A stretch of 61,937 nt of DNA, filler included, from Vannella sp. (taxonomy: Eukaryota): the NCBI GenBank assembly GCA_023345925.1. It is 7 parts of 7 records of this genome, joined end to end, with 100 filler letters (N's around TTAATTAATTAA, not from the genome) between each part and the next. Parts side by side here need not be neighbours in the genome. Positions count along the whole stretch, not along the records: positions 13,305 to 30,053 come from JAJQQN010000185.1; positions 30,154 to 37,050 come from JAJQQN010001413.1; 5 more parts are not named here. One strand, given 5' to 3'. Shown here piece after piece: positions 22,247-32,339 of the stretch (within the stretch, counting starts at the first letter, position 1; every line of letters starts with the position of its first letter). The position numbers and the translations under genes are program-made. A model generated the notes under the pieces. That model worked only from the letters and a program-made list of their open reading frames with translations. It ran no database searches and was not told the DNA's origin.

Positions 22247-23338
22247 CTATTCTGCGGTCTTTGGGGCTTCTTGGCTCGATTCTTTGTGGAGAGGGAGGGG
22301 AGTGAGGCGATCTTGGTCTGCCGTTGCGTTGAAGAATGCTTTGCCACAGAGGAGCAGGCTGTTGGCTGAGTCGTCTTGGAGGATGAGAGTGGAGTCTCCG
22401 CCCAATGCAAAGTCGTGAACGTGGGACAAAGGGAATCGTTGCGGGGTTTCGTGGTCATGACGGTCTCCTAAACCAAGCTGTCCTCTTTCTCCAGATCCCC
22501 AGGACCATAGATGCCCCTCACGATCTTCTGCGAGAAAGTGGAAGGCACCAGCAGCGATTCGCTCGATGGGAGGAAGTCCCAGCACTTGAGAGAAGGCGCC
22601 TTCCTTGTCCTTTGTCCTACTCAGATCGAAAAGCTCCTGCTTCGTACTTCCCACCTGATAAACAGAGCCTTCTTTGTCTAAGACGATGGTTGAGCCCATT
22701 CCACATGCGGAGGAGATCACATCTTCGAGATCCGGATGCTTTTGGAGTGGGAGAGTTCTCCGTAAGATGGGAACACCCAATTGATTGTACTTGTTGTCTC
22801 CCATGACCCAAACTGATCCGTCCTCAGCTACAAGCACGGCATGCGCCACACCAGTGGAGATATGTTTGATTGGGGGCAGTCCTTCGTGCTTGGTGGGAAT
22901 CAGAACGTTCTCCTCATGTCCAAAGCCAAGCTTTCCACCGTTATTCCATCCCCACGCCCAAACAGCGCCTTCTTGGTCCAAACTAACGTTGTGAAGACCT
23001 GAGGAGGAGATCAGGCTCATCGGAGCGAGGTTGTAAAGGCACTGCGGGTAGTAGTTATGAGGGAAGATGGTTCCTCGTCCTAGTTGCCCAAAGTTATTGG
23101 CTCCCCAAGACCAGATCAGCCCGTTCTCATCAAGGGCGGTCGTGTGCATCAGCCCTGCCGACACACAACGGAGAGGAGGTAAGGCATCCACGGGAGACTT
23201 GAACTCCCCTTCAAACCCATCAAATCCTCTGCGTCCTAGCTGTCCAGACTCGTTCAGTCCCCAACCAAGCAATGTTCCCTCCCTCAGCAAAAAGCCGTGA
23301 GAGTGGCCCTGTGATAATGCCGCCACCCTCGCCCTCAT
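22247..23338 (-). CDS. RCC1-repeat beta-propeller protein
   Basis: About seven repeats of xxGxxH..(W)xWGxNxxGQLG in an intronless ORF. The first plausible ATG is MRARV at 23338. Confidence 0.85.
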   Translation of the reverse strand: MRARVAALSQGHSHGFLLREGTLLGWGLNESGQLGRRGFDGFEGEFKSPVDALPPLRCVSAGLMHTTALDENGLIWSWGANNFGQLGRGTIFPHNYYPQCLYNLAPMSLISSSGLHNVSLDQEGAVWAWGWNNGGKLGFGHEENVLIPTKHEGLPPIKHISTGVAHAVLVAEDGSVWVMGDNKYNQLGVPILRRTLPLQKHPDLEDVISSACGMGSTIVLDKEGSVYQVGSTKQELFDLSRTKDKEGAFSQVLGLPPIERIAAGAFHFLAEDREGHLWSWGSGERGQLGLGDRHDHETPQRFPLSHVHDFALGGDSTLILQDDSANSLLLCGKAFFNATADQDRLTPLPLHKESSQEAPKTAE

Positions 23339-23474
23339 CTGTTTAAGAAAATAAAATATCTTCGAAAGGCATCGTTTTGGCGCACATTCTTGGTTTGGGG
23401 AATTCCGGAAAGTCGAAGTTGTTATGGTTATCATACCATAATATCCCAAATGGAGTCATTTTTCTTTCGTCCTG

Positions 23475-26400
23475 ATGGATGGATTGACTCCTTACGCATT
23501 GGATGGGTTGACTCCTTATGCATTGGAGGAAGTCGAAACTCAGTTGGCGGAGCAAACAGGGATCTTGAGTCCTGTTGAGGAGGATGGTTTGTCCCCGTAT
23601 GCGCTTGATGACTCTCCAGAACCGTTCTCTTCTTCAGCGTGTATGTCCATGAGCCATCAAGGAAGCAAGCAATCTCCTGTTCGATCAGGGAGATCTCCCC
23701 TAAAGCTGCAAACTGGGCGAGACCACTTGAGAACAAGTGACAACGGTAGTTACAGTGAAGGTGGAGTCGTCGCTTCATATCATTCGAGTGATGAGGTTTG
23801 CAGCCCAAAGCAGAGAAGCGCAGGAGCTGTCCTCCCTCATTCGTCGGAGAGCACCCTTAACAACGCTGAGGGCCGTGAGGAAGGCCTTGTAACGAAGAAT
23901 GGGAAGAAGTTTCCATTAGATAGGTCCTCGACAGACCCCTCCACCCTCTTCCGCTCCGTCTTCAATCCTGAGTTGACTCCTCCATCAGAATACGATGGCG
24001 CTCAGCCTCGGTAAGGCACTTCATAACGTCTTTGCTAACAGTCAAGACTGATGATATAGTACAGGAACTGGAATAGTGAGTTCCAAGACCTCCTGGACAA
24101 GAAACCATCGAGGGAACAAACAGTAGCGTTACGGGACCTAGCGCACGACTTTGTGCACGCCTCCAAGAAGTACGGAAAGATCATCATCTCAGAGAAGAAT
24201 CTCCCAGACGACATGAAGACTATCAAGCGCCTTGGGGATGGAGGAGGGTCTGCTGGAGGCATCAAAGTAGGTCAATTTTTAAGGTAAATGAGAGCTAACG
24301 AGTGGGAAGTATGTCCATCACGGTATATTCTTTAAATTTGCCACGGATTGGAAGAACATGTATGGCGGGGACCACTTTGCTATGAAGAGTGCCTCTCATG
24401 AGCTCACCTCTCTCATGCGTTTCTATGGTAGCTCGCACCTGAGAGTACCTTTGATGTGTATAATAGATTACCATGGGTATCGATTGGTTGCCATGAGTAT
24501 TCTGCCTCTGAAGGAACTTCTGTACGGGAGCGCTGACGCAGGTGATCACATCAAAGCAGACCCTGAAGTACATGAGTTGATGGGCGAGGTCTGTAAGAAG
24601 CTCAATCTTGCTGAGCATCGTGCCGGATCCGCACAAGTTCCATTGTACGGTCCTTGTGACATTGAAGTGCACCGAGGTTTTGATAACCGTCTGTATGTCT
24701 TGGACTTTGCCCGAGTTTTCCCGCCTACACAGCCTGTCAAAGGAACTTCAGCGAGCCAAGGATCTCACCTCTTTTATTTATTCCGTCCAGAGTTTACCAA
24801 GACGTTCCGAGTCCCACTTTCGTCCGATTCCTTCTCTCGAATGGGACGGGCAGACAAGGCTTATCACAACAAGAACTGCAGTGAAGCAACTGAACTTCTG
24901 TTTGAGAGGTGTGGTGAGATAGCTCTGGCGTTGGATACATCAAGCAAGCGACCTTTCCAGTTAAGGGAGATAATGCAAACCATCCACTGTGCCGGAATTA
25001 ACTTCCGATTTATCGGACGTATTCGCTCTCGCGCCACTGATCCTGAATTGCGACTTTTGCTGTTTATTGAGATGGTAGGGCGGATTATCAAACGTGAACT
25101 CTGGCTTAATGTACGCCGGATAACAACTTATCTCTCAACAGAGACTCTCCGAGCTATCTTCTGCAACTTCCTGAATCTTGTTGTCCTCTCCAAGGATACA
25201 GAGCGTGGCAATGACTTCTGGCTTCGATCACTTCCTGAGATGCTCATGGATGTGTATGGGACTGGTCATGCAGCTGAGGACATGTTCAGCAAGAGCGACC
25301 AGGATAGCTATCGTCTCCTATCTGTGATTGACATAACAGTCTTGTTCCAGAGAATAGAGGATAACATGAGCGTATCCTTTTCTAATTCTGCGCTGAGGTC
25401 TTTATCTGAGGATCCCACAGCCTTTGAACTCGTTTATTGTGATATTAAGCGAGTAGGCTCAAAGGTGAAGTCGACTAACTTGCTCTTGATGGCAGAAGGA
25501 AGTGATCTACATGAACAAATGAAAGAGCGAGAAGGTCCTCCCTCATCTCGTCTGTTTGCCTTGGCTCTCCGAAGCTACACCCGGGCAATGAATGCCACGC
25601 CTGATGATGAGAGTGTTTGCAACCAGTACGCAACGCTTCTCTTCGACTTTTGCATCAAGCAACTCAGCAAAATTGGGATCCTAGCTCTTGTGAGAAGTAC
25701 TAAGCATGCAGAATACTCACCGCTGGCGCTTTCGAAGCAAATCAACAGTATTTTGTCACAAACTAAGAACTATGATCTTCTTTACAGTATGGGCATCAAG
25801 TTTCACTCAGCTATATCTTCCTTTTCGTTTTCTAATGATGCCAATCACTATGAGCCTCTTGAGGACTTTGTTCGAGTAGTTTGCCTTTACTTTTCCCAAG
25901 TCCAAGAAAGCCAACCAAGCCTCATCACTGCATCTTATATTGCTGACTTGGACGTCATTCTTTGCACCTACGCTCTTCAAATGCACGAATCGGAAAAAGG
26001 AGAGGCCGCTTACAGAAGAGCTGGATTGCAGTATAGGAGAACCCTGGAACTGGAAGAAGATATGAAGTGCCGAATGATGCAGCACCTCCCTTGGGTGAAG
26101 AAACTGAATGATGTTGACTTGGCCCAAGTTGTGAGGATGAGCCTAATCAACCCTGAACTAGCTTTGGTGTCCAATAGGTGTCCATTCCTCAGTGATACCC
26201 TTCTTGACGCTATCTCCAATCACGTTCCTCACATTGATGTGCTTCAGTTAGATGAATGTCCCATCACTTGCACGTTTACGATTGCGAGTGTAAGTGATCT
26301 CATCCATAAACACGGGGCTACGTTGGTGGACGTTCGTGTATCCTTTCCTTCTCTACTGAGCCAAATCATCACCAAATGTGTCAAGCTAGAACGTTTAACA

Positions 26401-27353
26401 CTCCATTCGTAAGCTTCCAACCTGCAGAAGATAAGTCCGCTAATCTCAGTCTCTGTTTTAGCACCAAAGACCGGGACATGAAGGATTTGAAAAAGCTACC
26501 TTGTCTCACAAGTTTAGATCTGGGTTGGACACAAGCAACAGATCGTCCTATCTCCAGCCTCCTTCGTAAACTAAAGGGGCTGAAAGAACTCAGCCTTGAG
26601 TCCTCCAAACTGAAAGGCACCTGTATTAAGTACTTTGGGACGCAAATGAGAACCCTGAACCTCAAAGCATGCAGCACTCTTGAAGGTCAACATATTCAAA
26701 GCCTCTCACAATCTTGCCCTTTCTTGAGACAACTGAACCTTTCTGACTGCAATCTGACAGACGAATCTGTTATTGCCATAGGATGCTGCATCAAACTGAA
26801 ATCGCTTCAGCTGAATGGGAATCAAAATGTCACCACAAGCGCCTTATTTCAAGTCGCATTAAATTGTCACGAAATAGAGATTCTGGAATTGGCAACTCTC
26901 GCAAGAGGAGTTTCAAATGAACTCTGTGAAACGATAGCTTCCAACATGCCTCGCCTACGAGAACTTAACCTGAATAGCTGCTACAACATCACTGACCAGG
27001 CTTTAGTCTCTCTAAAGGCGTGTCAGAAACTCAGCGTTCTTCAAATTGCTGAAGCTCGCAATGTCACCAATAATGGAATCAAGGCCATATCTGGGCTACC
27101 ACTACGACACCTTTGCATCGATTATTGTCCTCAGATAACTGACGGTATACTTTATCTGAAGCGATGTAGCACTTTGGAAGAGTTTTCGCTGAAAGGAGTC
27201 AATCGATTAACAGACGGGCATATTTTAGCTTTCTTTGCAGAAATGCGACAATGCACATTGAAGAGCATGAACCTAACTTCCTGTTTTAACTTATCTCAAG
27301 GTCTAATCGACCGAATCCAACATCGCCACCCAAGCCTCCAGTTTCTATTCTGA
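23475..27353 (+). CDS. Clu-domain protein with TPR-like middle and C-terminal cysteine-containing (AMN1/F-box-type) LRRs (multi-exon)
   Basis: Clu motifs WNSEFQ..DFVHASKKYGKIIISE, AGGIKY..GIFFKFA, PLMCIIDYHGYRL, YGSADAG, GPCDIEVH and LYVLDFARVFPP. Introns at ~24011-24059, ~24268-24309 and ~26408-26461. LRRs of the LxxLNLxxCxxITD type. Confidence 0.85.
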
Positions 27354-27368
27354 CAAGACCGGATCCAA

Positions 27369-29342
27369 TCACTCCTTGGGGCTTTGAAGTTCTTTGTCTA
27401 TCATCTCTTGTAAAGAATGTTCCTCCGTGTCCCACCAGTAAGGCACAATAACAAGTGTTATCCCTCGTTCCTCACAGATTCTCCGTTTCTCGTCATCTCG
27501 CTGCTGATAGAGCTCTAACTGCCCAAATTTAGGGGTGTCGTAATAGTGGTGGATGCCTTGGAACTCAAAGCCCAACTGCAAGTCAGGAATGAAGATATCC
27601 AATTGTAAGGGACTTCCTGACTGCCTTGGGGCATCTGCAATGAACTCCTCAATAATTTGGTGGTTTTTGAACATTCTCTGAAGAAGAATGAAGAGCCACC
27701 TTTGAGCAGCACGCTTGTCTGAACGAATGAGACGCCCTTCGTCCCACTCTTGCTCAGGCCATGCAAACTTCAAGAGAGAAGCCAGCTTGTAGTTAGAACC
27801 TTTGAGAATGCCACCTCCCCTGAAGTCTCGAATCTGTTTCAGGGAGACGCGGTACCAGTCTTCCGGTTCTTTCAATCCCAAATGCTGCCCCAAACTCTCC
27901 AGGAACTTCCTGCAGTGACCAGAGTCTTTCCAATAGTCTCTGGGAGCTTGCTTCCGGGAGAGCGCCACGTTCCACTCGAGTTCAGGGTAGAGACTTTCTA
28001 GGGCATTGTAGAACGAAGAGTATTGTCGAAGGAAGGTTCCTCCTCCCTCCTTTTTGACCTCTTCTACGGTGATGAATCGCCAATCATGAGCTGATTGAAT
28101 GTTAAACTTCTTGCTCAGATAGTCCAGGAATGCTCTTTGGTTGCTAAGTTCGTTCCAGAACCCATTTGGAAGCTGTCTTGGGAAGCAAAATGGATTCCAC
28201 TCCAATTCAGGATAAACGCTTTGCAGTAAATCAAAGAGAGACGGATAATAAGTCAGTAATTGGCGTCCACCTGCCATTCCAACCATCTCTCTAGAGATCT
28301 GGGACCAATCAGCCTGCGATGTTAAGTTATTGTCTTGATAGAATTGATCAAGGAAAGCGCGTTGGTTCTTCATGTCTTTCCAATAGAAGCGAGTTCGAGA
28401 GGAAGGAGCAAGAAGAGTCCAATCTTCTTCAGGAAAGTTAGTGGAGAGTATTTCATGAAGATTCCGATGGTACAGAAGGATGGCACGACCCCCCGCACTT
28501 CGAATATCAGCAGCAGACACTCCTTTCCAGTCCTCAGCATTCAATGATAAGCCACGGGACCTTCTGAACTCTTCCAGAAACTGTTTTTGGTTCTCGGCAT
28601 CCTTCCAAACCCCTCTTTGCTTGACGGGCGCCGAGAACAAGCTCATCTCCAGATTGGGGTAAGCTGCACTGAGAAGCTCTTTCATTGAAGAGTAGTAACG
28701 GAAGAGCCCTTTCCCACCCGCGCGACTGAGTTGGTTCTTGGAGATCTCCTTCCAATCCTCCGCTTTCTGGATGTTGTGAGTTCCTTTTAAGTCCTCTAAG
28801 AAGGCCTTTACGTTCTCTGCGTTCTGCCAGTAGCCACGAGGCTTCCTCTCCGCCTTTCCTGTCTTGAGAGTGTCCTTGGGACTGTGGAGAGACACCTCTC
28901 CGTCTCCTCCTGAGTGATTGTCCGTTCCAAGAGCCAAACAAGCATCCGTGTGGGTTGAAGATGGACCAAGGGGGAGGCTTACTTCGGGCAAGAGAGACGA
29001 AAGGACATCCCGGAAGCTTGAGTGATAACGAAGCAAAGAGCGCCCTCCTCCAGCCACCACTCCCTTACGACCCAGTCGTAGCCAGTCTCCTCCACTCGTC
29101 ACTCCCGTTCTATTGCCCAGCTCCAACAAGAAAGCCCTTCGGTTCTCCTTACTCTCCCAGTAGCCAGGGGACCGCCTCGTACCACGACTTCGTGCTAACC
29201 AGCTCGATCGCATCAACAAATAACTACGTTTGCTGACTGCTTGAAGCCTATCTGGAGAGAGGGGCTCCATTGTTCCCTCTCCACACACTGTTGGCAGTGC
29301 TCTTGCATGAAGAGGAGGCTGTTGGTGTCGGATGACCACCAT
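27369..29342 (-). CDS. Tandem ~75-aa helical-repeat protein with C-terminal PD-(D/E)xK/Vsr-like endonuclease domain
   Basis: Six repeats of G[YF]W..N.RAFL..L....DW..I....GG..LL.YY.S...L...YP..W, followed by LQLDIFIPDLQLGFEFQGIHHY..RDDEKRRICEERGITLVIVPYWWD. The true start may be a downstream Met (MEPL or MRSSW). Confidence 0.8.
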   Translation of the reverse strand: MVVIRHQQPPLHARALPTVCGEGTMEPLSPDRLQAVSKRSYLLMRSSWLARSRGTRRSPGYWESKENRRAFLLELGNRTGVTSGGDWLRLGRKGVVAGGGRSLLRYHSSFRDVLSSLLPEVSLPLGPSSTHTDACLALGTDNHSGGDGEVSLHSPKDTLKTGKAERKPRGYWQNAENVKAFLEDLKGTHNIQKAEDWKEISKNQLSRAGGKGLFRYYSSMKELLSAAYPNLEMSLFSAPVKQRGVWKDAENQKQFLEEFRRSRGLSLNAEDWKGVSAADIRSAGGRAILLYHRNLHEILSTNFPEEDWTLLAPSSRTRFYWKDMKNQRAFLDQFYQDNNLTSQADWSQISREMVGMAGGRQLLTYYPSLFDLLQSVYPELEWNPFCFPRQLPNGFWNELSNQRAFLDYLSKKFNIQSAHDWRFITVEEVKKEGGGTFLRQYSSFYNALESLYPELEWNVALSRKQAPRDYWKDSGHCRKFLESLGQHLGLKEPEDWYRVSLKQIRDFRGGGILKGSNYKLASLLKFAWPEQEWDEGRLIRSDKRAAQRWLFILLQRMFKNHQIIEEFIADAPRQSGSPLQLDIFIPDLQLGFEFQGIHHYYDTPKFGQLELYQQRDDEKRRICEERGITLVIVPYWWDTEEHSLQEMIDKELQSPKE

Positions 29343-29600
29343 CTCTTCGTTATTCCAGGATCCAACTTGGCTTCTGTCAGCTCACAACCCCGAAAGGTTG
29401 CTCGACAGTTCGAACTCCACTTCTCTGCTGTGGACACGCACTACCTCACTAGCGAGGGACCTCCTCGTCCTCCTTCTCCAGAAGAACCGCAAGTTCAAGA
29501 CGATCCAGAAGCAAGAAAAGCTCTGGATGAGTGTTCTCAGGACTTGGAAGCGCTGGTCAAGGAGTTGGAAGAGTTCGAGCAGACGATGGACTGTTCTTGA
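29307..29600 (+). CDS. Small hypothetical protein with acidic C-terminal coiled coil
   Basis: ATG-initiated 97-aa ORF ending ARKALDECSQDLEALVKELEEFEQ. No recognisable family. It would overlap the longest model of the divergent gene. Confidence 0.35.
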   Translation: MKRRLLVSDDHHLFVIPGSNLASVSSQPRKVARQFELHFSAVDTHYLTSEGPPRPPSPEEPQVQDDPEARKALDECSQDLEALVKELEEFEQTMDCS

Positions 29601-29706
29601 TCACCTTCCCTGTGGAGGCGAAGAGTCTCCTACAATAAATCATATGTATTCCCATATGTGCCATGCAAGGTTCTCCGATAGTGGAGACAGCGCAGACAGT
29701 GCTGTC

Positions 29707-30028
29707 CTACTGGAACTTGCCCCAGATGTGAAGGAGGATGACAACACCAATGTACACAAGCGTCAAGATCAACACCACGTTAGGGGAGCTGTAATAAAGA
29801 AGAGGAGAGAGTGAGTCTCATGGTAGCAAGAACAGTTGCCTGATGCTTACACTTCAAGACCGCCTGAGTCGTCATTGAATCCAAACTGCAGAGTGCCTCC
29901 AGAGGTGGATGCTCGTGTGGAGCCAGCAGTAGCCGTTCCCTTGACGCGCCTGAAGGGGAGTTGTCAGTATGGCCACGAAGCATGTAAAGGAGTGAAACAT
30001 ACTTGCGGAGTCCACCAGGGGACGAGTT
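29707..30028 (-). CDS. SEC61B: Protein transport protein Sec61 subunit beta (5' exon lost at contig end)
   Basis: Splicing two GT-AG introns gives ..PGGLRKRVKG..GGTLQFGFNDDSGGLEVSPNVVLILTLVYIGVVILLHIWGKFQ*, the Sec61-beta signature (DDS.GL.V.P..VL..LHIWGK). It is not visible as one ORF in the track. Confidence 0.9.
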
Positions 30029-30053
30029 CTTCACACCATTAGCCTCACCAGCC

Positions 30054-30153
30054 NNNNNNNNNNNNNNNNNNNNNNNNNNNNNNNNNNNNNNNNNNNNTTA
30101 ATTAATTAANNNNNNNNNNNNNNNNNNNNNNNNNNNNNNNNNNNNNNNNNNNN
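30054..30153. other. Artificial contig-joining spacer
   Basis: N44-TTAATTAATTAA-N44. Confidence 0.99.
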
Positions 30154-31424
30154 ATCAAACTCATTGCAGCAGGACAAAGGAGTATTGCCATACCATAGCA
30201 ATGATCAATTCCTCTATCTCTGTGAGTAGGACACACCTTGTTAACGGCCTCTAATGAGCGGAATAGTTGTGGACTTGATGAATGTTGGAGCTTATGGAAG
30301 TTTGGTGACTGTTGAGATTTCGGCCTGTTCTTTGGTAAGTGAGCCAGACAACAAGGACCAGAAGGCTAAAAGGGGAGAAAAGGTCCTTAGCTTTGTGCAA
30401 ACTGCAGTTGAGCATATGGCAGAGCCTCACGCAGCTGTGAGGTTCCTTTTTCGAGTCCAAGGCAACGTAAGCTGACCAGAAGAGGACCCATACTCACCGC
30501 CTTCAGTGGGTAGAAGGCAGTAGTGGAGAGTGCTCTATTAAGGTTCTCCAACATGGTTCAGTGACAATGTCTGAAACTTTGCGATTGTCCCTTCCTTTTC
30601 GTCCGAGCGCCCCAATTCCCGTTCCTACCTCATTGGGAGGAGGAAACGAAGACGATTGCCCTTCTCCAGGTCAACTGGCAACCGTCAATGGTGTATTGGT
30701 TTGCGAGCAGCGTTGTACCGAAGATCAAACGTTTCTTGTGGAAGAGGAAACTTCAATTTGCGTTCCTGTCCGTTGTCGAGACAAATACGCTGGAGCTAGA
30801 GACTTTTACAACTCAGATACGCGCATGTGTGAGCCATTGACATACTGCAGTGCAGATAGACAATTAGACATCGTTTCCAATACCTGCTTCGCTGGCCCAA
30901 AGAGTGAAACTGTCCCCAACAGCACACCAACCGAGGAACATGTGCCAAATAGCAAAATCTCTTGCGGTGAGCACGGAGAATCAAGTGAGGAGGGAACCAG
31001 TTGCCGTTGCGAGAAGGGCTGGACCTCCAATTTGAACCAAGACATGTTTTCCTTTCAATGGTGCGCGGTGCAGGTCCCACTTGGAGATCAAAACTCTCCT
31101 TCTCCTTCTCCTCCTCCAGCAAAAGATACCGGTGGAGTCGTTGAGTTCATTGTGAATCATTCTCTCGCTTTGGGAATGACTAGAATCGGTCTCATTGTTG
31201 CCTTTTTCGCCTGCGTTCTCCTCTTCTCGTGCTTTTGTGGAGTGAAACTACTTCCCCGGCTTAAAAAGTGGATGATACTGAAGATGAACCCTGCCCAAGA
31301 TGAGGAACAGCCAGAAGGGTTTGAAATGAGTTCTGGAAGTCCTTTCACCAGCGCCAATCCGCATTATGTTGTTGTTCCTCTTGAACTATTACCTCCTACA
31401 ATGAGGAACGTCATCCACCTTTGA
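30154..31424 (+). CDS. Type I membrane protein, C-terminal part: Ig-like, Cys-rich, EGF-like, TM (5' truncated)
   Basis: Short exons at 30154-30530 splice into ORF 30561-31424. It contains Cys-rich repeats, EGF-like CGEHG..CRCEKGWT..C and the TM segment IGLIVAFFACVLLFSCFCGV followed by basic residues. Confidence 0.65.
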
Positions 31425-31559
31425 GCTTTATCTACACTGAATACACCTAATCTAATCTAATCAAGTATTATCACATCTGCCTCCCTCTGTGGTTCGTTCG
31501 TCTCTTGATCGCCCGGAAATCCCGTCTTTTAAACAAGTCAGTGCGACATAGAGACAATC

Positions 31560-32189
31560 TCAGACTCCTACCTCCCAGAAATGCTCTGGAGCTGAAGGTC
31601 GGGCGTGGTTGTATCTGTGGCGAGAGCAGCCGGTCACAAACTGTGCTCTATTCTCGAGTCCAAGTACATCATAGAACTTCCCATCATTAGGCGGCCTTCT
31701 TGTTTGTAAGGACTGACATACCTCTTGGCACATCTCACACTCGTGTGCAGGCATTGCCTCTCGGACCTTCTTGGTCCGAACAACCTCTTCAAACTTGATC
31801 AAGCTGTCTCGCTTCGCTCGCAGAGCCCTCCTCTCTTCTCTCTCTTGCTTGGACATAATCTTTACCTTGCTCGTATCCACCAAGAGGGGTTTCAAGAGGT
31901 TACCTTCAGCAAAAAGGTCGACCTCGTCCGCTTCGCCCTCTCCTTTGAGTTCAAGCCCGAGCTGGTATAGTAGAGGAGGCATGGATCCCGTTTCATCTTC
32001 AAATGTTTGCGAGAAGCGGTCGAGCTCTTCCAAACTTGACGAGTCTTCCTCCCACATGGCATCGTCCAAAGGGGTTTCCTCCAGCTCCTTTGTTGATCGC
32101 CGGCGCTTCTTCGAGGGCTCCATCTTGGCCTCCCTCTTCTCTCGAAATCGCTTTCTCGAAGCTTTGGCATTGACCCACTCTCCCTCCAT
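31560..32189 (-). CDS. CtIP: CtIP/Sae2/Ctp1 DNA end-resection factor (short form)
   Basis: C-terminal Sae2 domain: EEVVRTKKVR..HECEMC (CxxC), FY, CSRHR (RHR) and RPSAPEHFWEVG. One in-frame intron at ~31677-31721. Confidence 0.85.
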   Translation of the reverse strand: MEGEWVNAKASRKRFREKREAKMEPSKKRRRSTKELEETPLDDAMWEEDSSSLEELDRFSQTFEDETGSMPPLLYQLGLELKGEGEADEVDLFAEGNLLKPLLVDTSKVKIMSKQEREERRALRAKRDSLIKFEEVVRTKKVREAMPAHECEMCQEVCQSLQTRRPPNDGKFYDVLGLENRAQFVTGCSRHRYNHARPSAPEHFWEVGV

Positions 32190-32339
32190 GACAAGCCGAA
32201 AAAAATGGAGACTATGTTGCTCGCATGCATTTTTAAACTTCTTGGAAAATGTTAAAATTTTCGAAGAAAGGACAAAATTCACGAATCTTGTTCCGTCTCT
32301 GTTCACGTTCGCAGGGTAAAGAAAGGTGTTTCAGAATGT

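Noticed and set aside
28900..28985. Intron in the 35-aa insertion between repeats 1 and 2 of the repeat-nuclease
   Set aside because: A GTAAGC donor exists, but the obvious CAG acceptor would shift the frame and the unspliced frame is open. It is left unspliced pending RNA data.
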